A stretch of DNA of 32,981 bases from Gemmatimonadota bacterium. GTDB lineage: Bacteria; Gemmatimonadota; Gemmatimonadetes; Gemmatimonadales; GWC2-71-9. Positions within the stretch are counted from its first letter, which is position 1. Every line of letters starts with the position of its first letter. Positions 9,206-18,456 of this stretch are shown piece after piece. The position numbers were made by a program, and so were the translations under genes. The stretch covers positions 1 through 32,981 of the forward strand of contig JAZDCY010000045.1 in the NCBI GenBank assembly GCA_036679645.1, given 5' to 3'. The notes under the pieces were generated by a model, which had not been told where the DNA came from, ran no database searches, and saw only the letters and a program-made list of their open reading frames with translations.

Positions 9206-12186
9206 TGCGCCACACCCGCACGTTCGCGCGGTTCTCTACCGCGGTCGCGGTGCCGAGCCTGGAGGAATCGTCGGCGGCGGTACTGCGGGCCGAGCCGTAC
9301 CCCGACGCCTTTCCACTGACTGCCAACAGGCCGCTGCGCCTGGACGATCCCGCCCAGCTCTGGATAGTAGTGAGCGGCGAGGTCGATCTCTTTCATGTCC
9401 TCGGCAGCGGCGACACCTACCTGGCGCACCGCCGCTACGTCGGGACGCTGTCGGCGGGCGAGGTAGTGGCGGGTGCCCGTCCCGTGCCCGAGACCGGCGA
9501 CGGCGTGCTGATTGCGGTCGGCTTCGGCGGCGCCCGGCTCCACGCGGTTCCCCGCGCCGCGATCGACGAGGCGGCTGGCGACGGCCGGATCGCGCGTGCC
9601 CTGGCGAACGGTCTGGCGGAGACGATGGGCCGGGCGATGTACCGCTCGAGCCGCTCGTCGGCGCGCCCGGTGGATCTCAGCGAGCGGCGCCTCTCGCTGG
9701 ACGCCGGCACGGCCATCACCGCGTTGGCCGACGTGATGTGGTTCCAGCTCGATGACGGTGAGCTGGCCCTGGGCGGTGACGTCCCTGTCGCCCCCTCGCC
9801 GCTCTACCTACCGCTGGCGCGCGGCATGTGGTTCACGGCGGGAAGCGACGGCACGGCGCTGGTGGTGGTCGACACGTTCACCGCCTTCGCCGAACGGTCG
9901 ATCGGCGCTGCGCTCGTGCGGGCGTGGGGCATCTTCATCGCGTGGCTCGCGGCGCAGGCGGATAAGGACGACGCGGCCGAACGCGCCCGGCTCGAGCGGC
10001 GGGTTGAGGGCGAGCGCGCGAAGCATGCGAGCGCGCTGGCGAGTCTCGCGGGCTTGTTGCAGGGGCGCGGCGGCGCCCAGCCGGCCGAGCCGCAGGGCGA
10101 TCCCCTGCTCGACGCCTGTGGGATGATCGGCACGGCGTGCGGGATTGCCTTTCGGGCGCCGCCGGTGGCCAACGGCCGTCCCCCGGCGGCCGGTGACGCC
10201 GCCGACCCGCACCGGGATCTGGTGATGCGGATCTGCGCCGCGTCGCGGGTGCGCTATCGCCGGGTCACGCTGCGCGACGGATGGTGGGAATCCGACGCGG
10301 GGCCGATCCTCGGGTTCCGCGCGCGCGACTTTGCGCCGGTGGCACTGTTGTCCTCCCCCGACGGCGGGTACCTCCTGCACGACCCGGCGTCGGGGGAACG
10401 CGTGCCGGTAACCCCCGACGTCGCCGCCGGGCTCAGCAGGCAGGGTTACACCTTCTACGTGACGGCGCCGCCGGGCGCGCTCAATGCGCGCATCCTCGGC
10501 CGCCTGCTCGGGCGCGAGGTGTGGCCGGACGTGCGGCGCGTCCTGGGTTTCGTTGCGGCCGGTGCGGCGCTGGGCCTCGGCCTGCCCGTAGTCACGGGGT
10601 TGATGTTCAACCGCGTCATCCCCAGTGCCTCGATGGCCAACGCTGTGACCCTCGTCGCGGCGCTGCTGGCCCTCGTGGTGGCAACGGCCGCGGTCGACAT
10701 CGCGCGCGCCTTCGCGCTCATCCGGGTGGAGACCCGCACTAACGGCCTTCTGCAAGCGGCGGTCGTCGACCGCCTGCTCGCCCTGCCGCCTCAGTTCTTC
10801 CGCGCGTACTCGGTGGGCGACCTCGCGCTGCGCGCCGCGGCGGTCAACGCCGCGCGGCAGGTCCTCACCTCGCTGGCGCTGACGTCGCTGTTCGGCGGCG
10901 CCCTGGTCATCACCAGCGTGTCGCTGATGGCATGGTACAGTCTCAAGCTCGCGCTCGCGGCGTGCGGCATCCTGGCCGGCAGCGCCCTGGTGACGACTCT
11001 GGTCGGACTCTACGCCCTGCCCCACGAACGCCGCCGCCAGATGCTGCACGGCTCCATCAGCACGCTCGTGTTCGAAATGCTGAGCGGCGTCGCCAAGCTG
11101 CACGTGGCCGCGGCCGAGCGCCGCATGTTCGCGCTCTGGGGCGCGCAGTTTCGAGCGCAAAAGGTCGCGGCGTTTCGCGCCGGCGCGGCGGCCGCGGCGC
11201 TCGCCTCGTTCAACGCCCTGCTGCCGATCTTCGCCGCCGGCATCGTGTTCGTGGTCGCGGCTCGAGTGTTCGCGGCGGCCGGCGGCCTTACCACCGGCGA
11301 CTTCATCGCCTTCCTCACGGCCTTCGCGTCGGCGCTCGCCGCCGGTATCGGCGTGAGCACGACGATCGTGTCCCTGCTGAACGTGATACCCCTCGTCGAG
11401 CGGGCCGCGCCGATACTGTCGACCGCGCCGGAGGTGGATGACGCCAGACCCGACATCGGCACGATCAGCGGCCGCATCGAGATGTCCCACCTGACCTTCG
11501 GCTACACCGCCGGCACTGCCCCAGTGCTCGACGACGTGTCGTTCGAGACCCGGCCGGGCGAGTTCGTGGCGGTCGTGGGACCGTCCGGCGGCGGCAAGTC
11601 GACCATGCTGCGGCTATTGCTCGGCTTCGAGAAGCCCGACCGCGGCGCCGTCTACTTCGACGGGTACGATCTTGCGAGCGTCGACGTCGCGTCGGTGCGG
11701 CGCCAATGCTCCGTGGTCTTGCAGCACAGCAAGCTGCTCGCGGGCGACCTGTTCACCAACATCGTGGGCGCGTCGCCGCTCACCCTCGACGACGCCTGGC
11801 GCGCCGCCGACCTCGCCGGACTCGCCGACGACATCAGCGCGATGCCGATGGGGATGTACACCGTGATCAGCGAAGGGGGATCGACGCTGTCCGGCGGCCA
11901 GCGGCAGCGCCTGCTCATCGCGCGCGCGCTGGTGCGCCGGCCGCGTATCGTGTTCTTCGACGAGGCGACGAGCGCGCTCGACAACCGTTCCCAGGACATC
12001 GTCACCCGGAGTCTCGAAAGGATGCAGGCGACCCGCATCGTGATCGCGCACCGCCTCACGACCGTCCAGCGCGCCGACCGTATCCTCGTGGTCGCGAAAG
12101 GACGCATCGTCCAGCAGGGACGGTACGACGACCTCATCACCACCGACGGCCTGTTCAAGGATCTCGCCCAGCGGCAGCTCGTGTAG
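9205..12186 (+). CDS. NHLM ABC transporter ATP-binding/permease (TIGR03797-like)
   Basis: ATG overlaps the upstream TGA. N-terminal LWIVVSGEVDLF, RYRRVTLRDGWWESDAGPILG. GPSGGGKST, LSGGQRQR, FDEATSALD. Confidence 0.93.
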   Translation: MRHTRTFARFSTAVAVPSLEESSAAVLRAEPYPDAFPLTANRPLRLDDPAQLWIVVSGEVDLFHVLGSGDTYLAHRRYVGTLSAGEVVAGARPVPETGDGVLIAVGFGGARLHAVPRAAIDEAAGDGRIARALANGLAETMGRAMYRSSRSSARPVDLSERRLSLDAGTAITALADVMWFQLDDGELALGGDVPVAPSPLYLPLARGMWFTAGSDGTALVVVDTFTAFAERSIGAALVRAWGIFIAWLAAQADKDDAAERARLERRVEGERAKHASALASLAGLLQGRGGAQPAEPQGDPLLDACGMIGTACGIAFRAPPVANGRPPAAGDAADPHRDLVMRICAASRVRYRRVTLRDGWWESDAGPILGFRARDFAPVALLSSPDGGYLLHDPASGERVPVTPDVAAGLSRQGYTFYVTAPPGALNARILGRLLGREVWPDVRRVLGFVAAGAALGLGLPVVTGLMFNRVIPSASMANAVTLVAALLALVVATAAVDIARAFALIRVETRTNGLLQAAVVDRLLALPPQFFRAYSVGDLALRAAAVNAARQVLTSLALTSLFGGALVITSVSLMAWYSLKLALAACGILAGSALVTTLVGLYALPHERRRQMLHGSISTLVFEMLSGVAKLHVAAAERRMFALWGAQFRAQKVAAFRAGAAAAALASFNALLPIFAAGIVFVVAARVFAAAGGLTTGDFIAFLTAFASALAAGIGVSTTIVSLLNVIPLVERAAPILSTAPEVDDARPDIGTISGRIEMSHLTFGYTAGTAPVLDDVSFETRPGEFVAVVGPSGGGKSTMLRLLLGFEKPDRGAVYFDGYDLASVDVASVRRQCSVVLQHSKLLAGDLFTNIVGASPLTLDDAWRAADLAGLADDISAMPMGMYTVISEGGSTLSGGQRQRLLIARALVRRPRIVFFDEATSALDNRSQDIVTRSLERMQATRIVIAHRLTTVQRADRILVVAKGRIVQQGRYDDLITTDGLFKDLAQRQLV

Positions 12187-12210
12187 GGGCAGTCCGCGGC
12201 AGGTCGTCGC

Positions 12211-13623
12211 ATGCTCGGGAGACCGCTCATGTTACTCGCGGCTGGATTCTTCCTCCTTTGTCGTGCGCTTTCCGCGCAGGCCCCCGGCGAAGTGGGGCCG
12301 ACGAGTGCCGATACCGTCGTCTTGGCCCTCGACGACGTGCTGCGCACGGCACTGGCGCAGAACCTCCGGCTCCGCGCCGCGTCGGCGGAGACCCGGGGCG
12401 CGGCAACCTTCCGAACCACGGCGTGGTCGCGATTCGACCCAGCAGTGAACGTCGGAGGCGAGTACAACGGGAGTGGCGTCGGCGTCCAGCTCGTCGGTGA
12501 GCTGCCGACGGGCGCCACGTACCTCCTCGGCTCGGTGGCGCCGTCGACCCTCCCCGGCGATCCCGTCTTCGCCGACGCGATCGTCGCGAGAATCGATCAG
12601 CCCGTGTTGCGCGGGCTGGGGCTCTACAGCGCGCGTAACGCCATTCGGGCGGCGGACGAGGGGGTGGAAGCGTCACGTGCCCGCCTGAGCCGCACGCGTG
12701 ACGAGGTGGCGGCCGTCGTCCGGCTGGCCTACGCGATCCTGGTGGAGCGGCACCGACAGGAGGCCACCGCCGAGCGCTCGGTGCGGCGCGCGCTGGAGCT
12801 GCTCGATGCCTACACGTCGCTCCGGGCCATCGAGAGGATCACCGAGGTGGACCTCATCACCGCGAAGCTGGGCGTAGCGTCGCGCCAGGCCACGCTGCTC
12901 CAGGTGCGTCGCGAGCGCCGGGCCGCCGAGGATGCGCTCCTGTTCGCGGTGTACGGCGCCGGAGCGCGCGCCGTGCTCGCCCGTGCAGGCGACGCCGTGT
13001 GGATCCCGCGGGACACGGTGGTCGACGCCCCGTACGTTCCCTCGATGGAGGACGCCACCGCACGCGCCCTCGCGGCGCGTCCCGATCTGGAGGCCGCGCG
13101 CCACCACGTGGCCCAGGCGCGGTACCGTTCGCAGCAGGCACGCAACGCGGCGCTTCCCACGCTCAACCTATCGGCGTCTTTCAGCAGCACCCGCAGCGAC
13201 ACCCTGCTGGGACCCGGCGTGGCGTTCGACGCGCGCGATCAGGGGTGGCGTTTCGGCGTGGTGCTGTCGCGCCCCTTGTGGAACTCGGGCGCCACTGCCC
13301 AGCGCGACCGGGCCACGGCCGCCGCCGATCAGACGGAGGCGCAGCTCATCGAGGCGGAGAACGTCGTGCGCCGGGAAGTGCGGGCCGCAGTCCGCGACAT
13401 CGAACTGGCGCGCGAGCAGGTGACCATCGCCGCGGACGCCTCGCGCCTGGCCCGCCAACAGTACGAGATGGAGCGCGAACGCCTGACGCTCGGGCTCACC
13501 GACATCTTCCGCGTACTCCAGTACGAGGAACAGGTGGGGACCGTGGAGCGGGCGGAGGCGGAGGCATGGCGGGCGTACGCGACGGCCGTTGTGCAGTACC
13601 GGTTGGCGATGGGGGAGGGCTAG
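12211..13623 (+). CDS. TolC-family outer membrane efflux protein
   Basis: Signal peptide; LDDVLRTALAQN, ALAARPDL, ALPTLNLS, ERERLTLG; last gene of the type I secretion operon. Confidence 0.85.
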   Translation: MLGRPLMLLAAGFFLLCRALSAQAPGEVGPTSADTVVLALDDVLRTALAQNLRLRAASAETRGAATFRTTAWSRFDPAVNVGGEYNGSGVGVQLVGELPTGATYLLGSVAPSTLPGDPVFADAIVARIDQPVLRGLGLYSARNAIRAADEGVEASRARLSRTRDEVAAVVRLAYAILVERHRQEATAERSVRRALELLDAYTSLRAIERITEVDLITAKLGVASRQATLLQVRRERRAAEDALLFAVYGAGARAVLARAGDAVWIPRDTVVDAPYVPSMEDATARALAARPDLEAARHHVAQARYRSQQARNAALPTLNLSASFSSTRSDTLLGPGVAFDARDQGWRFGVVLSRPLWNSGATAQRDRATAAADQTEAQLIEAENVVRREVRAAVRDIELAREQVTIAADASRLARQQYEMERERLTLGLTDIFRVLQYEEQVGTVERAEAEAWRAYATAVVQYRLAMGEG

Positions 13624-13814
13624 TGGGCGAGCCCTTGAGCGTGAAACACAGCGGCCTTCGGCGCCAGGCCCTACCCTCTTTCAGCTCCTGGGGACGGCCC
13701 CCGAGGACAAAGAGCATAGGGGGTTCCCGGGTGGCACTTCGTACCTCGGGTCGACTTGATCCGGGAGATCCTGTGGCGAGCACGGTGACGTTCCCGACGG
13801 GGGCCGGCTGCAGT

Positions 13815-14110
13815 ATGAGTGAGCACGACCGTCATGAGCGTGTGGTCGCCGAGCTCGACAGCTTTTTCCCCGGTGCGAGACAGCACGCCGAAGTCATCAG
13901 TCGCACTGCTGGCGGCACCAGCCGTGGGTGCGCGGAGGGCGGCCGATGGCGCGCGATGGGTTCGCGGATCGCGTTGCGGTGTTCCGCGAACCGGAGGGGC
14001 GCGTGTACTTCGCAGGTGACTACGCCACGGACCCGGAGTGGCTCAACACGTATGGAAGGTGCGATGGAATCGGGGGAATACGCGGCGACACTGATTCAGC
14101 GCGCCCCTCG
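13815..14110 (+). pseudogene. Frameshifted C-terminal remnant of a flavin monoamine/L-amino acid oxidase
   Basis: Frame A gives RVVAELDSFFPGARQH. A shift near 13905 gives WRHQPWVRGG...EPEGRVYFAGDY. A shift back near 14051 gives MEGAMESGEYAA. No N-terminal GxGxxG domain. Confidence 0.75.
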
Positions 14111-14223
14111 GAGATCGGCCACGTGGGCTTCTCGCGTCCGCGAACCGTTGCGCTCGGCCGCGCGTGGCGCGGAGCAGCCGATCGGCGGTGAAGAACTGGT
14201 AGGACCGTCGGACGTAGCAGACG

Positions 14224-16128
14224 TCAGCTGCGGTGCTCTTCCGTCGCCAGGGCGCGAGCGATGTAGTCCGGCGGCACGGTCGTACGCGGCACGGCATGCG
14301 CGAACCACTCGCGCACATCGAGGCCCAGCCCATCCCCTTCCTGAAACCGGTACGTAGCATCTCGCAAGCCCTTCCCAAGAGCGTCGTGATCGGTGCCCGT
14401 CGGGTCGTGGAACGGGAGGCTGAACTCCGTGAAGACGTGGTCGCCCTGCAGCACACCGGTGAGCTGGATACCGTACTCCTCGGGGTTTTGCCCGACCGGG
14501 CTGTGTCGCGTGGTGACGAAGCGGTGCCAGTTTCCCGACTGAAGACATCCGGCTGCGAAGAGCTGTCGCACGTACTCGAGGCTGTCGATCGTCTCCTGAA
14601 GGGTTTCGGTCGGGAAGCCGTACATGAGGTACGCGTGGACGACGATTCCGTGCTCGCTGAAGTGCCGGGCGACCCGCGCGACCTGGGTGACGGAAACGCC
14701 TTTCTTCATCTTCTCCAGGAGCCGGTCGGATGCTACCTCGAGACCGCCGCTGACCAGGACGCATCCGGCGCGTGCCATGAGTTCGGTCAGCTCGCGCGTG
14801 AACGACTTCTCGAAGCGGATGTTCCCCCACCACGAAATCGAGAGATCCCGTTCGAGCAGGCGCGCGGACAGCATCCGTAGCAGGGCGGGGGGCGCCGCCT
14901 CGTCCACCCAATGAAATCCCGAGAGACCCGTCTCCGCGCGTAGCTGTTCGATGTGCTCGATGAGGCGGTCCGCCGTCTGCGGCTCGTAGCGCCGGATGTA
15001 ATCGAGCGTGGTGTCGCAGAACGAGCACTTGCGCCAGTAACACCCGTGCGCAAGCGTGAGCTTGTTCCATCGTTTCGACCAGATCCGGTGTGCCGGCGTC
15101 GCCGATGTGAGAACCGAGATGTATCGCTCGATGGGCAGACCGTCGTACACCGGCGTGTTCGCTTCGGCAAACGGGACATCCTGTTCGTTCCTGGAGGAAT
15201 GGTAGCTCACCTTACCGTCTACGCGCCGGAAGGTGCGGAAGAGACCCTCCGGGCCACGCTCGTTTCGCAGGTATTCGAGCAGGCACGAGAGGGGGCGCTC
15301 ACCGTCGTCCAGCGTGACGAAATCGAAATAGTCGAACAAGCGGGGGTCGGAGATCGCGCGAAGGTAGGTGTTGACGTACCCACCGCCGAGGGCGACGTGC
15401 ACGTCGGGTCGTTCACGCTTGATCACCTCGGCAATGCGGAAGGCACCGGCCACGTTACCGGGGAAGGGTGCGGACAGGCCAACCACGTCGGGCTCGTGCG
15501 TCGCGAGACCGTCGAGCGTGATCTCCCGGATGAGCTGGTTGGTTGGGGTCTCTCTCTGTTCCTCCAGAAAGCGGTGGACGGCATCGAACGCGGTCGCCGT
15601 GCCGACGTGGTCCGCGAACGAGTAGAGGGCGAACCCGGGATCGACCAGTGCGATGACGTCCGTGATGTCGAGCAGGTAGTAGCTCGCCGCCAGTTGCGCA
15701 CGCTCACCGTCTTCGAGCGACGCGACGTTGTGCGGCATCCCGGGGATGGGACAATGGTCGTCAAACAGCTGTCGCAGGCGTGCGCCTTCGGGCAGGTATC
15801 CGCGTTCGTTGAGGTGAACGCCCACCGCGGGGTCTTTGGTCTGGAGGTAGGACATGACCGGCTCGACGGTATCCAGATACCGGTCGAGATGGGTGAGGAA
15901 GTGCGTTCGATTCTGGAGGTCTCGGGGCCCGACCGGTTGGCATTGCCCGACCGCGTGGCCGACCCGTTGGAGTCCGCTCCGCGACAGCAGCCGGTGCGCC
16001 AACTCGAGCGACCAGTCGGCCTGATGCGCGTCGACGCCGATCGAGCGGAGATGGCCCGTGAGCGCGGCCGTTGACGGATACGGAGTGTTCAGGTCCGCCA
16101 TCGGAGGGATCAACAGCAGCACGCGCAT
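14224..16128 (-). CDS. Cobalamin-binding domain radical SAM protein
   Basis: PDVVGLSAPF...VALGGGYVN B12-binding region, TLDDGERPL, CX4CX2C motif GCYWRKCSFC, GGLEVASDRLL, HAYLMYGFPTET. Confidence 0.9.
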   Translation of the reverse strand: MRVLLLIPPMADLNTPYPSTAALTGHLRSIGVDAHQADWSLELAHRLLSRSGLQRVGHAVGQCQPVGPRDLQNRTHFLTHLDRYLDTVEPVMSYLQTKDPAVGVHLNERGYLPEGARLRQLFDDHCPIPGMPHNVASLEDGERAQLAASYYLLDITDVIALVDPGFALYSFADHVGTATAFDAVHRFLEEQRETPTNQLIREITLDGLATHEPDVVGLSAPFPGNVAGAFRIAEVIKRERPDVHVALGGGYVNTYLRAISDPRLFDYFDFVTLDDGERPLSCLLEYLRNERGPEGLFRTFRRVDGKVSYHSSRNEQDVPFAEANTPVYDGLPIERYISVLTSATPAHRIWSKRWNKLTLAHGCYWRKCSFCDTTLDYIRRYEPQTADRLIEHIEQLRAETGLSGFHWVDEAAPPALLRMLSARLLERDLSISWWGNIRFEKSFTRELTELMARAGCVLVSGGLEVASDRLLEKMKKGVSVTQVARVARHFSEHGIVVHAYLMYGFPTETLQETIDSLEYVRQLFAAGCLQSGNWHRFVTTRHSPVGQNPEEYGIQLTGVLQGDHVFTEFSLPFHDPTGTDHDALGKGLRDATYRFQEGDGLGLDVREWFAHAVPRTTVPPDYIARALATEEHRS

Positions 16129-16273
16129 CGTGGGCTATCTTAGCGCGCGCGGGTATGGGATGCCAGCATCGGTCGCGCGACCACGAGCACGCATGACGTG
16201 GCACGCAATCGATCCCGCACGGGCAGTAGGTCCCCAGGTCTTCTGCGACGCGCCAACCTTCGCGCGCTCTGCT

Positions 16274-16756
16274 CTACGCTGGCTTATGCCGTACGGTGGC
16301 GAGCTTCCGCGCCGCCCAGAGCAGGAATCCCAGATAGACCACGCCCATCACGCCGGATCGGAACAAGCCAAGGAACACTTCGCTCCGATCGGCGGGCCGG
16401 AGGGCGGCCGACATCCCCGGCAACCTGACCGCAACGAGGCCGAGGAGGAGTATTGAAACGGCGGCGAACGCGAGGCTCAGCCACTGTACCCCTTTGAGCG
16501 CACCCTCACGCTCCTGGGTGATCGCCCAACTGGCCAGCGCCACGATCCCGATGATGATGACGGCCATGCCGTCGAAGAACCGCACCATCAGGTTCATTTC
16601 CCAGTTCAAGTCTCCGAAGGACACGGGGAACCAGTACTGGGCGTGCCGGGCGATCCCGACGAACACGAGCACCAGCCCCAGTCCGCCGACGAGCGCCCAC
16701 GCCCCTCGTCTGCTGTAGGTTGGGCTGCGTTCCTGAGGCTTGATTGGCGGAGAAAT
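16274..16756 (-). CDS. Hypothetical ~4-TM membrane protein (start uncertain: ATT 16756 or GTG 16672)
   Basis: Four hydrophobic segments. The frame is open upstream of 16672 through GAWALVGGLGLV to an ATT preceded by GGGAGG. Confidence 0.6.
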   Translation of the reverse strand: MSPPIKPQERSPTYSRRGAWALVGGLGLVLVFVGIARHAQYWFPVSFGDLNWEMNLMVRFFDGMAVIIIGIVALASWAITQEREGALKGVQWLSLAFAAVSILLLGLVAVRLPGMSAALRPADRSEVFLGLFRSGVMGVVYLGFLLWAARKLATVRHKPA

Positions 16757-17211
16757 GTGTCCTCCCGGTTACGCAGGGGCCATGAAGATCGGTACCAGGC
16801 GACCGGCGCGCAACGGGTATTTGCCTCGTCAAGCCGTCAGCGGCCCGCATCAGCCCGTTGCCGGGTCGCGACAGGTCCGGTCTCCATCGCGGGTGGCGAG
16901 GAAGATCGACTCGTCACTAACCCGTTGTCATTTTTGGAGTTCTAGTCGTCGCGATTGGTCACCGTCTCGGGCGGGGAGGCGAGATTCCCTCGTGCGATTC
17001 TTGCAATAATAAATACCGCTCTTTTCCGAATATCCGAGCTTTTGTGTCGGGTTTTGTCGATGCTGGGTTTCGGGACCCGCCGTCAGAATCGATGACCCTC
17101 TCATTACGGGATCACACGTGGTATGGATGCCATGGGCCGGTTGAACAGCACCGCGAGGAATCAGCCTGACCGCAACCGCTCGCACGCCTACCCTACAGCC
17201 CGGGGGGGCGC

Positions 17212-18456
17212 ATGGGAGTAGAACTTCGTCCGCTCGGCGTCCGCTGCAACATCCACTGCCAGTACTGCTACCAGAATCCGCAGCGGGACGCGGGTAACCT
17301 CGCCGATTCCTACGATATCGACCGCATGCAGGCCGCAATCGAAGCGGACGGGTCGCACTTCACGCTCTTTGGTGGTGAGGCGTTGCTCGTTCCCGAGGCG
17401 GATCTCGAGCGCTTGTGGGCGTGGGGACTCGAGCGGTATGGCTACAACTCGGTCCAAACGAACGGGACGCTGATTTCCGACCGGCACATCGAGCTGTTCA
17501 AGAAGTACAAGGTGCACGTCGGGATCTCCGTCGATGGTCCAGGGGACCTCAACGACGGGCGCTGGGCCGGTACGTTGGAGCGGACGCGCGAGCTGTCGGC
17601 GCGAACCCACGAAGCCATCGAACGGCTCTGCAGCGAGGGCATCCCCCCTGCCCTCATCGTGACGCTCCACCGAAACAACGGGACGGCAGACAAGCTCCCG
17701 CAGATGCACGACTGGTTCCGGTACCTCGAGACGCTGGGCATCTCGTCGGCGAGGATTCACATCCTCGAGGTCGACAACGAGTGGGTGCGGAGCAAGTACG
17801 CGCTCACGATCGAGGAAAACCTCACGGCGTTCATGAGCTTTGCCGATCTCGAGCACGAACTCGAGACGCTCAAGCTCGATCTCTTCCACGACATGCGGAA
17901 TCTGCTGTTGGGCAACGATGGCCAGACGACCTGTGTGTGGAACGCGTGCGATCCGTACACCACCCGAGCCGTTCAGGGTGTCGAGGGGGACGGGCAGCGC
18001 AGCAATTGCGGCCGCACCAACAAGGACGGGATCGATTTTACCAAGGCGAATACCGAAGGGTTCGAGCGATACATCGCGTTGTATCACACCCCGCAGGAAG
18101 ACGGTGGGTGTAATGGGTGTCGCTTCTTCCTGATGTGTAAGGGACAGTGCCCGGGGACGGCCATCGACGGCGACTGGCGCAACCGCACCGAGCACTGTGA
18201 AGTCTGGAAGGGCCTCTACCGGCACGTCGAAGGGACGTTGCTCGATCAGGGGCAGCGGCCGCTGTCCGTCATGCCGGAGCGGAAGCTCGTGGAGCAGTTC
18301 TTCCTCGACACGTGGGCCGGAGGGTCGAACACTTCTATCGAGCAGGCGGTCAAGCGTCTCAACGAACGCGGCACGGCCGCCGCAGGCGCAGTGCACCAGG
18401 GCGTGCGGCACGGGGACTCGAACCACGGCGACCACACCGATCATGCCGCCAACTGA
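17212..18456 (+). CDS. Radical SAM/SPASM peptide maturase with C-terminal HxD tail
   Basis: CNIHCQYC, FGGEALL, QTNGTL, GISVDGP. SPASM-like Cys set TTCVWNAC...NCG...CNGCRFFLMCKGQCP...HC. Tail HGDSNHGDHTDH. Confidence 0.92.
   Translation: MGVELRPLGVRCNIHCQYCYQNPQRDAGNLADSYDIDRMQAAIEADGSHFTLFGGEALLVPEADLERLWAWGLERYGYNSVQTNGTLISDRHIELFKKYKVHVGISVDGPGDLNDGRWAGTLERTRELSARTHEAIERLCSEGIPPALIVTLHRNNGTADKLPQMHDWFRYLETLGISSARIHILEVDNEWVRSKYALTIEENLTAFMSFADLEHELETLKLDLFHDMRNLLLGNDGQTTCVWNACDPYTTRAVQGVEGDGQRSNCGRTNKDGIDFTKANTEGFERYIALYHTPQEDGGCNGCRFFLMCKGQCPGTAIDGDWRNRTEHCEVWKGLYRHVEGTLLDQGQRPLSVMPERKLVEQFFLDTWAGGSNTSIEQAVKRLNERGTAAAGAVHQGVRHGDSNHGDHTDHAAN

Noticed and set aside
7970..11490. Long antisense ORFs (400 aa, 560 aa), and similar ones at 17188-18651 and 19890-20669
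   Set aside because: Typical stop-poor antisense shadows of high-GC genes; the opposite strand has clear family motifs.
12999..14357. 452-aa ORF overlapping tolC
   Set aside because: Mostly an off-frame shadow of tolC; only its distal part carries pieces of the amine oxidase pseudogene.
16980..17070. AT-rich patch with short TTTTGT(G)TCG repeats as a promoter/operator for locus B
   Set aside because: Probably regulatory given its position between divergent genes, but I could not assign convincing -35/-10 elements or a SARP repeat array.
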